Source of the DNA: Botryllus schlosseri
Taxonomy: Eukaryota
NCBI GenBank assembly: GCA_051294905.1
Contig: CM119371.1
Coordinates: 2,730,001-2,794,000 of the forward strand
Reading direction: 5' to 3'
Length of the DNA: 64,000 nucleotides
In this document: positions 23,058-34,066 of the stretch, one piece after another
How the letters are laid out: every line of letters starts with the position of its first letter
Numbering within the stretch: the first letter of the stretch is position 1
Made by a program: the position numbers and the translations under genes
Notes under the pieces: model-generated
Told to the model about the DNA's origin: nothing
What the model saw: the letters and a program-made list of their open reading frames with translations, nothing else
Databases searched by the model: none

Positions 23058-26000
23058 ATGGATCTAAGACATGTGATACCCCATCTGGGTCCTTTAACTG
23101 TCTCTGGTGATTTGGCCACCAACTGGAGGAACTGGAAGCGCCATTATGAGAATTATGAAGTGGCTACAAAACTCAATAAAGAGGAACATACCATTCGTAT
23201 TGCGGCTCTCAGAGCGGCTCTTGGACCAGCTGGGTGTGATGTCTATGATGGCATTACTTTATCAGAAGATGACGCCAAGAGTTACCCAGTCGTATTGAAG
23301 AAAATGGAGGAGCGCTGTGTTGGGAAGATCAACATTATATACGAGAGGTACTGTTTTTTCAGTCGCAGTCAAGCTTCAAATGAATCATTCAACACATACT
23401 ACGAACAGCTGCGAAGGCTGATAAAAACCTGTGATTTTAAAACCTTGGAGGATGAGCTTCTCAGAGACAAAATTGTGTGTGGCATATCCGATGTTGTGCT
23501 GAGAAGAAAACTCCTACAAGAGACAGGACTTACATGGGACTCCTGTATTTCGAGCTGCAGATTGTTTGAGTCAACTGCTCTGCAAATGGAAAAAATGACT
23601 CTAACGTCAGATGACGTTGCAATTCATGCGATACAAAATAAGTACAAGCAAAGGAAATGGCCAGCTGCTGAAAGGGACTCTAAAATGAATCGAGGATATG
23701 ATGGTAGTACACCTCAATCGGAAGAGCTCCCCAAAATCTGCAAGTTTTGTAGAAAAGTGCATGTTTTTGGTCGGCGATATTGCCCGGCTAACGGCAAAAC
23801 TTGTTCACGCTGTAACGGAAAAGACCATTTTGCCGTGGCATGTCAGGCAACTGTGATGATGATATCAGCTGATCGCATTGAGTCGGATGAAGAAGAGGAT
23901 GACGAAGTTCTTTCGTTTGAACATGTGAGTGCTACGGAGGAATCCTATGTTAAGAAAATATTTGCTCTGTTATACCTGGTTAACATGTATGTAAAATTCC
24001 AAATTGATTGTGGCGCAACCGTAAATGTTCTTTCATGGCGAGATTACTTGAATGTAACTGGTGACACAAAAATGCTCAACTTGAAACCTACTTCTATGAG
24101 ACTGGTTGTATATAATAAGGAAGTGATAAGGCCTCTAGGAATAACAACGTTGGAAATCACCAATAAAAAGAATGGTGAAAACTACTTGCTAGAATTTGTA
24201 GTGGTTGAGAAGCCGAACACTTCCATCATTGGTTCCGCCGATGCTCAAAGGATGAAACTAATTACGATCAATTTTGAAAACATGATGATCGAGGAACCTT
24301 CAGTACAAGCTCTTACAGCGAAGGATCCTGAATTCGCCAATTTTGCTACACTGGAGTTTGATCAAATATGTGAACAATTTTCGGATGTTTTCAATGGTAC
24401 GGGAAAGCTAGAGGGTAAACTTCATCTGGAAATTGATGACACTATCAATCCTGTACAGATGCCTGTTCGCAAAATACCCCTGGCACTTGAAGCACAAGTG
24501 AGGGAGAAAATTGATAGTTTGGTTGATGCTGACATAATAGCTCCCGTGGATTGCCATACTCCCTGGATATCTAATCTGGTCACTGTAAAAAAGCAATCTG
24601 GAGATATCCGCTTGTGCCTGGATCCCCTGGCGCTGAACAAAGCCCTAAAACGCAACAACTATCCAATGCCGACAGTTGATGATGTGTTACCATATATGCA
24701 CAATGCCAAAGTATTTACACTGTGTGATGTAAAAAATGGATTTTGGCATGTAGAACTTGATGATACTAGTAGTTATCTAACTACATTCGTTACTCCATAT
24801 GGTCGTTACAGATGGCTCCGACTGCCTTTCGGAATCAGCCCAGCACCGGAGGAGTTCATGAGAAGACTGAAGATAGCGCTGGACGGCCTGGAAGGAATCA
24901 CGCCCGTCGCGGATGACATCTTGATTTATGGTGTGGGCGACACTGTTGAAGAGGCGACTATGGACAATAAGAAAAAGTTCTTTGAACTGTTGAAACGCTG
25001 TGAACAAACTGGTATTAAACTGAATAAAGCGAAACTACGCTATCTGCAGACTGAAGTGCCCTACTTAGGCCATACCATCTCAAAAGATGGTCTAAAACCC
25101 TCATCGAGCAAAATTGAAGGCATCATAAAAATGCCCCCTCCAACGGATAAGCAGGGCGTCCAGAGAATTTTAGCGATGACAAATTTTCTGCAGCGTTTTG
25201 CCCCTAAGCTTTCAGAGATAACCGCTCCCATCCGCGAACTCCTAAAAAAAGACAACGCGTTCATATGGGATCCAATCCTCCATGGGTCATGCTTTGAGAA
25301 AATAAAACAAACCTTGATCAACGCGCCAGTTTTACAATACTTCGACAAAAACGCACCTATGGTACTGCAATGTGATGCCAGTTCAAAGGGGCTAGGATGC
25401 TGTGTATTGCAAAACTCTCACCCTGTTGCCTATGCTTCACGGGCGTTGACAACAACGGAGTGCAACTACGCGCAAATCGAAAAAGAATTGCTTGCTATTC
25501 TCTTTGCCATGGAAAAATTTGAGTTATATGTCTATGGCAGATTTGTAACAGTAGAAAGCGATCACAAACCTCTGGAAGTGATCACAAAGAAAAGCCTGGT
25601 TAATGCACCAAAACGGTTACAGCGCATGTTACTTCAGCTCCAAAAGTATGACTTCGAGGTGATATACAAGCCTGGATCACAATTATTTGTGGCGGATACG
25701 TTGAGTCGTGCGTACATTCCGAAGTCACCCAAAGACGGAGAAACTGCTGATGTGTTTGATATATTTCAACAGATTGAACATATCGACATGTTGAATGATA
25801 TACCGGTATCAAGCTCCACGCTCGGCATGGTCAGCCAAGCAACAATCTCTGATTCTGTCATGAACACGTTAATCTCTTTTATAAAACATGGGTGGCCGAA
25901 TGAAGCCAAGCTGGTACCCCAATCAATTCGAAATTTCTACTGTTTTAAAGAGGAGTTGATATTTCAGGATGAAATCGTTCTGAAGGGTGATCGTATTGTC

Positions 26001-27089
26001 ATACCGTCGTCCATAAAAGGCACTATTCTCAAGCGACTACATGCCAGTCATGTTGGAATTCAAGGTTGTGTACGCCGGGCTCGTGAATGTTTGTATTGGC
26101 CCAACATGGTTAACGATATTACGGACTTCGTATCAAGCTGTCGCACATGTGGCTTACACCAACCCAACCAACAGAAGGAAAGTATGATTTCACATCCGGT
26201 ACCAGGACGTCCTTGGCAAATAATCAGTAGCGATTTATGTGAATTTGACGGACAACATTATTTGATTACAGTTGATCACTACTCGGATTATTTTAAGGTA
26301 GATCGACTAACCTCACAGACTTCTACGGCAGTTATTCGCCGCTTAAAATCACATATGGCACGTCATGGAATTTGCGAGAAATTGATTACTGACAATGGTC
26401 CATGCTATGCTGCTCATGACTTCGAGGCATTTGCAAAGGAATATGAGTTTGAACATGTGACCAGCTCTCCAGGACACAGCCAATCGAATGGAAAGGCGGA
26501 ATCAGCTGTCAAAATCTTCAAATCGTTACTTCGTAAAGCGACAACTGACAAAAAAGACATAAATATTGTACTGTTGGATTGGAGAAACACTCCAGGCGAG
26601 ACTGTTCCTGGCTCTCCAGCACAGAGGCTATTTGGAAGACGCACCAAGACCTTGTTGCCAATAGCAACTAAACTGCTTGAGCCGAAAATTGTTTCTGATG
26701 TCATTCCATCGCTTATGGATCGGAAAAGAAAACAGGCAAAGTATTACAATCGTGGTGCAAAAGACCTCGCCCTGTTGAGTCCTGGTCAACAGGTTCGATT
26801 CAAAAGGACAGAAAATGGCTTGTGGCTCGAAGCGGTGGTGATTAAGCAACTGAATGATCGATCGTACATTGTTAAGGCGACAGACGGAACGATCTACCGA
26901 CGCAACAGAAAGTTTATTCGAACTACTGTAACTCGCCCGCATGTTGCATTTGACTTTGACGACATTTCGATTGCCAGACCAGCAGTAGTGAACAGCGACA
27001 CTAATGGGTCGTTATCTGGTTGCAGTAGCAGCAGGCCAAGCCGTACAGTAATTCGACCAGCATACTTGCAAGACTATGTTACAACTTGA
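23058..27089 (+). CDS. Gag-Pol polyprotein, 1343 aa (gag with zinc knuckles, protease, RT, RNase H, integrase)
   Basis: CKFC..H..C and CSRCNGKDHFAVAC knuckles. FQIDCGA protease. NGFWHV, LPFGISPAPE and ADDILIYG in RT. CDAS and YAQIEKE in RNase H. HASH..CRTC, ITDNG and SNGKAES in integrase. Gypsy domain order. Confidence 0.97.
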   Translation: MDLRHVIPHLGPLTVSGDLATNWRNWKRHYENYEVATKLNKEEHTIRIAALRAALGPAGCDVYDGITLSEDDAKSYPVVLKKMEERCVGKINIIYERYCFFSRSQASNESFNTYYEQLRRLIKTCDFKTLEDELLRDKIVCGISDVVLRRKLLQETGLTWDSCISSCRLFESTALQMEKMTLTSDDVAIHAIQNKYKQRKWPAAERDSKMNRGYDGSTPQSEELPKICKFCRKVHVFGRRYCPANGKTCSRCNGKDHFAVACQATVMMISADRIESDEEEDDEVLSFEHVSATEESYVKKIFALLYLVNMYVKFQIDCGATVNVLSWRDYLNVTGDTKMLNLKPTSMRLVVYNKEVIRPLGITTLEITNKKNGENYLLEFVVVEKPNTSIIGSADAQRMKLITINFENMMIEEPSVQALTAKDPEFANFATLEFDQICEQFSDVFNGTGKLEGKLHLEIDDTINPVQMPVRKIPLALEAQVREKIDSLVDADIIAPVDCHTPWISNLVTVKKQSGDIRLCLDPLALNKALKRNNYPMPTVDDVLPYMHNAKVFTLCDVKNGFWHVELDDTSSYLTTFVTPYGRYRWLRLPFGISPAPEEFMRRLKIALDGLEGITPVADDILIYGVGDTVEEATMDNKKKFFELLKRCEQTGIKLNKAKLRYLQTEVPYLGHTISKDGLKPSSSKIEGIIKMPPPTDKQGVQRILAMTNFLQRFAPKLSEITAPIRELLKKDNAFIWDPILHGSCFEKIKQTLINAPVLQYFDKNAPMVLQCDASSKGLGCCVLQNSHPVAYASRALTTTECNYAQIEKELLAILFAMEKFELYVYGRFVTVESDHKPLEVITKKSLVNAPKRLQRMLLQLQKYDFEVIYKPGSQLFVADTLSRAYIPKSPKDGETADVFDIFQQIEHIDMLNDIPVSSSTLGMVSQATISDSVMNTLISFIKHGWPNEAKLVPQSIRNFYCFKEELIFQDEIVLKGDRIVIPSSIKGTILKRLHASHVGIQGCVRRARECLYWPNMVNDITDFVSSCRTCGLHQPNQQKESMISHPVPGRPWQIISSDLCEFDGQHYLITVDHYSDYFKVDRLTSQTSTAVIRRLKSHMARHGICEKLITDNGPCYAAHDFEAFAKEYEFEHVTSSPGHSQSNGKAESAVKIFKSLLRKATTDKKDINIVLLDWRNTPGETVPGSPAQRLFGRRTKTLLPIATKLLEPKIVSDVIPSLMDRKRKQAKYYNRGAKDLALLSPGQQVRFKRTENGLWLEAVVIKQLNDRSYIVKATDGTIYRRNRKFIRTTVTRPHVAFDFDDISIARPAVVNSDTNGSLSGCSSSRPSRTVIRPAYLQDYVTT

Positions 27090-27162
27090 TTCGTTGCCGT
27101 AATTTATATCCTAATTCGGTTCGCTTTGTTTTCTATTATTTTGTGATGTTTTGAGAAGGGGA

Positions 27163-27338
27163 TGTTACGTGGGTTATTGTATGTATTATAATGATGCTTC
27201 CCCGTAAAGTAGCAAGGTTTGACGTCATGCCTTACCCAACTGTGCATGACCGCATCACTCGTGCTTGACCGCTTCATCTCTTATCTCATCTCTGGTTGAT
27301 GGCACATGGAAGCCATAATAAATGTACAGCAAGAAACA
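27163..27338 (+). repeat. 3' LTR (176 bp)
   Basis: Direct repeat of 22801-22976, preceded by the polypurine tract. Confidence 0.97.
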
Positions 27339-28343
27339 CTCACCACCAGCGCCTTGATTCTCGAAGAACCCGTGTAGTGTCTCGTACTCGGACGTAGCAA
27401 GTAAATATAACTGGATTGTGACAGCTATCGAGTTTTAAAATTTTACAGAGATCGTAGCAACGTAACCAATACCTATTCAAATTCATGGGGCGTAAAATTA
27501 TTGTCAAAGGCCTTTTGTTACTTGGTCGACGCAATGTAAATACGAACAATACAGTGGTTAAGAACGCCGTTGAAGCATGTTGATTGTAGTAAGGTGGAAT
27601 TTACGGACTTAGCAATTCGCAGCAATTAAATGCCAGCTCGAAGGGGAATATAATAAGTGTCATGAAGGACTTGTATTTCGCAATTATTCTTCAGATCTCT
27701 AGGAGAAATTGTGATATTGACGACGTTTATATTCGGGCGCAGGTAACAGTTGTGCGGAATATAAGCAGAGATAGCCATTTATAACATATATTCTGATTAT
27801 ATGAAATTCGCATTTTTGATGCATTATCAATTTGCGGTAGTTTTGACGTAAGGTATATTTATGCGCCCGGCGTTATTGGCGTAATGTGCCGTGATATAAT
27901 GTTCTTAAAGCTGCCAGTGGTTGTACAAAACTGACACACCTTACGCGAAATTGGTCACCTATTAGTGAACGACAAACTGACACTTCATAGTTCAAATGCA
28001 GTAGCCTACAATGATCGCCGATGCAACTACATCTATGCGTACAAAATCGCAACTACCTACCATTACTCATTAGTTACATTTACTCCATCTTTAACACGGG
28101 TAACGGAAGCTTTGAAAAGGTTATACTGTTATGGGCATACCGTTTATCGCAATAATTTCAACCTGTGATGGTACGTTACGCACCTGTGCGAATGAACAAA
28201 TTTGCAGTGCCAATGACGAAGGTGGTGCGAACGTTGGGAAAGAAAATCCGTGTGAGTGCGCATGAAAATCGTAAATAATTGATAATTTTTCTCACGTATA
28301 ATAATTTAAATATACCTGATAAGAAATTCAAGTGCAGTGTCTC

Positions 28344-28709
28344 TAGGGTTGCATTTAAAACAGAAATCAATTTAAAACAAACATTTTTAAAACAAGGCCT
28401 TAATTTAAAACATGTTTTTTATTGTTATTTTTATGTTTTTTAAATGGTATGACGTCACGAGTATTCAGTTGTGACGTTATAGTGGATTGACATTGACAAT
28501 TGAAAATATAGGGTAAACATAGCTCCTTTGACGAAATATATGTAGGCTACTATTGCTCTTGAACGGACTATTTTGAAGGTTCCAACCGGCCCATATAGAT
28601 ATACGTCGGCTACAACGGGTGGTAACAGTCCGTAGGCTCATACAATATGTTTTAAAAAACTGTTTAAACAAAGTGTTTTAAAACACCGTTTGTTGTAAAT
28701 GCAACCCTA
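28344..28709. mobile_element. hAT MITE
   Basis: TIR TAGGGTTGCATTTA, perfect 8 bp TSD AGTGTCTC, and AAACA/TGTTT subterminal repeats. Confidence 0.88.
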
Positions 28710-29863
28710 AGTGTCTCCCTAACCTCGGCAGCTGCGAGGCAACCGTAGCTTTGACAAAAACATTGTCTCTCACAAGCCGTAGTGAATTAATATTTGTGCA
28801 CTATAATTATTACGTAACGAAAATCCTGGTTTGAAATCTGGTGTAGTGGCAGAAATACAGTGTATAAGCCTGTCTGAGTCGGCGACAGGCTGGAAAAAAT
28901 ACGTCAAATTGACATTCTGCCTTCTTTCGCTGAACGATCATCACACTTTCGTATTAACTGAAAAACATGGCCGAAGACCGTTGGGATGAACTAGTTTAGT
29001 GGTATGCAATTAGCGGATTCATGCCTATGAGACTCATTCATTTCGAGCCAACCCTTTCTCCGTCGGGGAACATGAAGACGCAAAGTTTTCGCCAACATAC
29101 CGCCTATAATCAGCGGTGCCAAAACATCAGGGGCGACAAAACCTTGGCCAAAAATTACCGTCGCTGGATGGCCAAAACTTTCGATATGAATATATGCTCA
29201 TGTGCAATGACTCAAAATGACTCGTGACTCGAAGGTAGTGACTTGATCCCAACACTGAATATCTCACTCTGTATTGTTCAGTTTGTTCACGAATGTTCAA
29301 TGCATGCCGTGAGATTTGCTTGTGTCCGGCCATATAGGACACTATGGTTTCATCTACAAACTAATATAGCTTAGTGATTCATACGTAATCAATATATATC
29401 AGTGGTCGGGAACCTTTTTTGTACGGAGAGCCATATTGACCCCATATTTTCCATTTTAACTTCCAAAGAGCCTTTCATTTTAATCAACTAATACGTCACA
29501 CTTGAAAAATCGTGACGTCATGGAAGCGCAAATTCGTCGAATTTCGTCAGTTATACGAGATCGTAAGTTCGTCTTGACGATATTCTTAAATGCGAGGACC
29601 CATATGGACATAAGTAGGCGGAGCCAAACATGATGGTCACTACACACTTTAATGTGTGATGCGTCAGTGACGTAGTTTCAGGGGAGGCACGTGAGGCACT
29701 GCCTTACCTGTCTACTAGATTTTGAACATTTTTACTACGAAAATCATGCAACTTTCCTATTTATTGTTCGAAAATATAGCGTGAAAGGGGAGGTAAGGCA
29801 TGGGTGAGGCACGGCCGGGATTAGGATATTTATAAATATCATAGAATTTATAAAAACTGATAA

Positions 29864-30238
29864 CACTGGTCAACACGTATTTTTAGGCATACAAAGTAAG
29901 AGTGGTTGTAATGGTTCTGAAGGGCATTGATTCCGAAAATGACCTCAGTTTTTTTTCAAATCGGCTCTTGTTTTGGAGATAACCCATGGGGACGACATGA
30001 GGGTTCTTCATATTCAATTATTATCTACTGAAATGCCGTATAAAATTAGAAAAAAAATACGATTTTTTTCTTGCCAAGTGAAATATTCAATGGTAAATGC
30101 AGTAATTCTCGACTTTTCATGGGTAGCCTACAAGAGCAAATCTCTAATCACTAATGTGATATTCGTAATCAGCAACCTCGAAACCCCAGAACCGGCTCTT
30201 AGATGTTCTGCCCATTTTTTTCGTTCTGCTGACCAGTG
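29864..30238. mobile_element. Chapaev3-like non-autonomous element
   Basis: TIR CACTGGTCA with TAA on both sides. CAC termini plus a 3 bp TWA TSD fit Chapaev3 (family assignment inferred). Confidence 0.65.
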
Positions 30239-30311
30239 TAATTGAATAATAACAATTGAATGTAATTGCCGCGCCGATTCCGATTCGACTCAATGGGAGA
30301 CATTCACAAAC

Positions 30312-30973
30312 GGTTGCCGATGAACCCAGCCCTCGGTGAACCCAGCCTTACAAACTCGGCCCTAGGTGAACTCGGACCTCGGTGAACTCGGCCCTCGGGA
30401 AATTTTGTAATAAAGCTGGGATATTAGGGTTGGCGGAGATAGGATATTGGGTTGGTGGAGGTGGGATATTAGGGTTGGTGGAGGTGGGATATTAGGGTTG
30501 CCGGAGGTGGGATATTAGGGTTGGTGGAGGTGGGATATTTGGGTTGCCGGAGGTGGGATATTAGGGTTGCCGGAGGTGGGATATTAGGGTTGCCGGGGGT
30601 GGGATATTAGTGTTGCCGGTGAATACAAAATTTCCCGAGGGCGGAATTCACCGAGGGCCGAGTTGGTAAGGCTGAGTTCACCGAGGTCTGATCGATATGT
30701 GAACGTCGCGGTCTTTCCCGTGCATGGCGCTTGCGCAATCCGTGATCACGTGATCTGATCACGCCGTGACTGCGTGATCTACACATGCCCTGACCTCCTT
30801 ACAAGATCGACAAACCAGTTGATAATAACATTATTAGTTTAATAATTCATAATAATACTTGTTAATACACTTAATTACAAAAGTTTCCGAGGGCCGAGTT
30901 CACCGAGGTCCGAGTTAACCGAGGGCCGAGTTTGTAAGGCTGGGTTCACCGGGGGCTGGGTTCACTGGTAATC
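30312..30973. mobile_element. MITE with ~95 bp repeat-built TIRs and an internal minisatellite (Mutator- or Merlin-like)
   Basis: 8 bp TSD TCACAAAC (30304-30311 and 30974-30981). TIRs are built from ~15 bp units GGTGAACTCGGCCCT, with an extra internal TIR copy at ~30625-30690. Confidence 0.85.
30418..30620 (+). repeat. 23 bp G-rich minisatellite (GGAGGTGGGATATTAGGGTTGCC), about 9 units
   Basis: Tandem units directly visible. Most contain TTAGGG. Confidence 0.92.
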
Positions 30974-31279
30974 TCACAAACCACTTGGGGCGCCAACACC
31001 TCGTCCTATCGTCCGTAGTAAACAAACAATACTATAGCTTTTCGCAAGAAACCATGTCAGCCACTGCCTGTTGGATTCGGGTAACAGAATTAATCTTGTA
31101 TGTACGGCGTTTAAACATATTTACGACTGATGATTAGGTTCAGTGCAATTTATGAATTGCCAGGTTACTTCGTGTACCTGTATTTCATTTCCAGAGAGTG
31201 ACGTTTGAATATTAGCTGAGTGACACATAGCCTATATTTCATTTTAATAGACTGTATTATCATCTATCTACATTATAAA

Positions 31280-31580
31280 ATGCCACGATATGGCTGTGTA
31301 CCTGGTTGCACAAGTCGGATTGGTGGTCATTTGATCCCTACGTCACCAGGGAAGCTGATGAAATGGAGAGTAGCAATTAGGAGATCAGAATCCAAAACGA
31401 AACAGCTTTGGACAGAGACATAGGGCAGTGACATTGTTTGCTATGGTCATTTTCTTCCTGGAAGTGCATATAAGAACCGAGCATGAGACTTGAAAGACAG
31501 GAGGCAGTCCCATCAGTCTTTCAGCATGATATAAAGACACCACTAATAACTGTCAGGAAGACAAACAATTCGATGCCATT
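31280..31580 (+). pseudogene. THAP zinc-finger domain pseudogene (probably transposon derived)
   Basis: MPRYGCVPGC..GHLIP..LMKWRVAIRR..LW..*..IVCYGHF..LK..AVPSVF shows the C2CH ligands, conserved W and AVP box, with in-frame stops and a frameshift. Confidence 0.8.
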
Positions 31581-32100
31581 TTCACCAGAACCTATTTGAA
31601 CAATTCATTTTGGAACACATAGTGACCAGAAATTCCAAACAGACTCGTAAAATATTGGCATTCAGTGCCAACTGGGTGCTTCAATACCAGATTTCAGTTT
31701 AGAAAATATCAAGGATGATAAGAAAGTAGTATAATTAATATAATAATAAATAATAATAATAATAGTATAATATAGTATAATTATATTAAGTTATAATATA
31801 TATAACATGTGTCTCGTTGTCTCACTGGTCGGCAGTCCGCGAGTCTTGTGTGAGCTACTGGATTTTTAGATCAAAAATCTATAACCAGGACTACCCACTT
31901 TTTAATCCCTGCAACTAGAACTAAAACTAGGCCTACTATAAAAAGCCTGCAGTCCTGCTGTCCTGTCGATTTATTATTATTTATTATTATTTATTGAAAA
32001 GTATTATATTACTTTGGTTAGCTGTACTTCTACTCCCAGGGAAACTAATACAGTATCTCTGCAGTAGATAGAAGCCAATTAAAAGCTGCATTGACATGGT

Positions 32101-32746
32101 CACTGGGTTGAAATGACTCGAGTCATGACTTGACTCGAGTTACAATTTTCAGATGACTCGAGTCATTTTTACAAAATACGAAATCGACTTGACTTTACTA
32201 TATTCAATCTGTATATTGAGTCAGCTTGAACACGAGTCATTGCGGACCAAGTCATATGACTCGATTCTGAAACGGCCAAGACCGACATTCGATTGCAATT
32301 TCGAAGAATAGTGACGTAACCACAGTGTTGGCATTTCACCTATTTGTACTGGCATTTGAAAATGCAACCAGAAACTGTTCAAGGTGAGAAAATCAATGTA
32401 TATGTTTTACATGCGAACCATTCGATATCCCCAGACATCGTTATTAAAAGTAGTTTAAACAAGACTAACTCAAAACTTTTTATTACTGCTTGGTCATATC
32501 GATTACTATTGAATGGCTTGCATTTTCAATGTACTAATTTTCCTCACTTTTAGCAGTTTCTGGTCGCATTTTCAAGTATCATTACCAATAGAAGAAATTA
32601 CAATAGTGTGGTCACTTTACTATTCTTTGAAATTACACTGAAATGTCTTAGCAGTCTGAGAAACATGAGAAAATGACTCGAGTCAAGTCAAGTCATCAGA
32701 AAATCATCAGTCGAGGCGAGTCAGGACTCGAGTCATTACAACCCTG
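32101..32746. mobile_element. GACTCGAGTC-family hAT MITE variant with left-type ends at both sides
   Basis: GGGTTGAAATGACTCGAGTC ... GACTCGAGTCATTACAACCCTG. The two halves are degenerate inverted copies. Confidence 0.7.
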
Positions 32747-32978
32747 GAGTGCGGCGTCAAGTATATATTTTGGGCTAGTTAACGCGAAGAAGCTGATCTG
32801 ATCGATGTATTATAGGCTTTGCTACACTACATGTACTTAACCCTAATAAATTGATGCTACTTTGTTCAATTTACACCAGCTCATTTGTCAATTCTGAAGT
32901 ATTATGATGTCAGCCATTTTTGACGTCATCGATCCCGCATACCCACGGGAAATTAGAGTTAAGTGCCTATGGTAGAAA

Positions 32979-34066
32979 CAGAGTTGTCGAGTCGGACTCG
33001 AGTCATTATCTTAAAAATGGTAAATGACTCTACTCGAGTCATTTTGTGTATTGAATCGACATGTGCTCGAGTCATTGCTCACGACTAGAGACACAGACGG
33101 CCAAGACCGACATATCATTGTAATTTCGAAGAATAGAAAAGTATCCACACTATTGGGATTTCGTCTATTGGTTCTGGTACTTGAAAATGTGACTAGAAAC
33201 TGCTAAAAGCGAGGAAAATGAGTATATTATAAAGGCGAACCATTTGATATTACCAAACAGAGTTATAAAATGTTGATTTAATCTGACTTCAACTGAAAAC
33301 TGAGCAGTCAACAACAGTGACTTGGATTCAAGTCATAATTCCATGACTCGGACTCGACCTTCTGCTCGCTGACTTGGACTCGGACTTGACTCAGTGGTGA
33401 ATTGAAAATGACTCGACTCGATACCAAATCAAAACTATAAAAGTAAGATTGACTTGTGACCAGGGTTGTAACCAAGTCACAAGGCTCCGAGTCACAAGTA
33501 AATCTCACTTTTATATTTTTGACTCGAGTCAAGTCGAGTCATTTTCAATTCCCACCGAGTCAAGTCCGAGTCCAAGTCAGCGAACAGAGGATCGAGTCCG
33601 AGTCATGGTATTATGACTCGAATCAGAGTCCAAGTCATTGTGTTGACTGCTCAGTTTCCAGTTAAAGTCCTCCTAAACCCCCTTTTTTAACTCTGTTTGG
33701 TGATATTGAATGGTTCGAATTTATAGTATACTAGTTTTCCACACTTTTAGCAGTTTATGGTCGCATTTTCAAGCATCAGTACCAACAAACGAAATCCCAA
33801 TTGTGTGTTAGCTTCAAAATTACAATGAAATGTCGACCTTGGCCGTCTGAATCTCGAGTCAATGACTTGCTTCGAGTCATACGCAATGACTCGAGTCCAA
33901 GTCGAGTCAATACATAGATTGACTCGAGTCGAGTCGAGTCATTTTCGTATTTTGAGAAAATGACTCGAGTCGAGTCATCCGAAAATCGTGACTCGAGTCG
34001 AGTCATGACTCGAGTCATTACAACCCTGCTTGTGACTCAGAGCCTTATGACTTGGTTACAACTATG
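32979..34066 (+). mobile_element. Older GACTCGAGTC-family MITE interrupted by an inverted copy of the same family
   Basis: 32979-33460 plus 34037-34066 (CAGAGTTG...GGTTACAACTATG) is collinear with 14494-15921. Confidence 0.8.
33461..34028 (-). mobile_element. Intact GACTCGAGTC-family hAT MITE (568 bp)
   Basis: TIR CAGGGTTGTAA and perfect 8 bp TSD CTTGTGAC. Further family fragments at ~7975-8100, 17230-17410, 20880-21020, 21480-21995, 37940-38270, 40485-40630, 41235-41365 and 58090-58330. Confidence 0.92.

Larger units (their letters stand above)
22801..27338 (+). mobile_element. Full-length Gypsy (Mag-like) LTR retrotransposon
   Basis: TG...CA LTRs at 22801-22976 and 27163-27338, CTCAC 5 bp TSD, PBS, PPT GAGAAGGGGA (27153-27162) and a single intact gag-pol ORF. 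Confidence 0.97.

Noticed and set aside
24408..26942. Antisense ORFs inside gag-pol (and similarly 50951-54551 inside the LINE)
   Set aside because: Short shadow frames of long coding sequences with no recognisable motifs.
30418..30620. Regular 23 bp repeats as a CRISPR array
   Set aside because: The units are head-to-tail with no unique spacers, there are no cas genes, and the context is eukaryotic. It is a minisatellite inside a MITE.
33308..34018. ORFs rich in TRLES/DST words (also 14309-14557, 15791-16073)
   Set aside because: Artefacts of the GACTCGAGTC repeats in MITEs.
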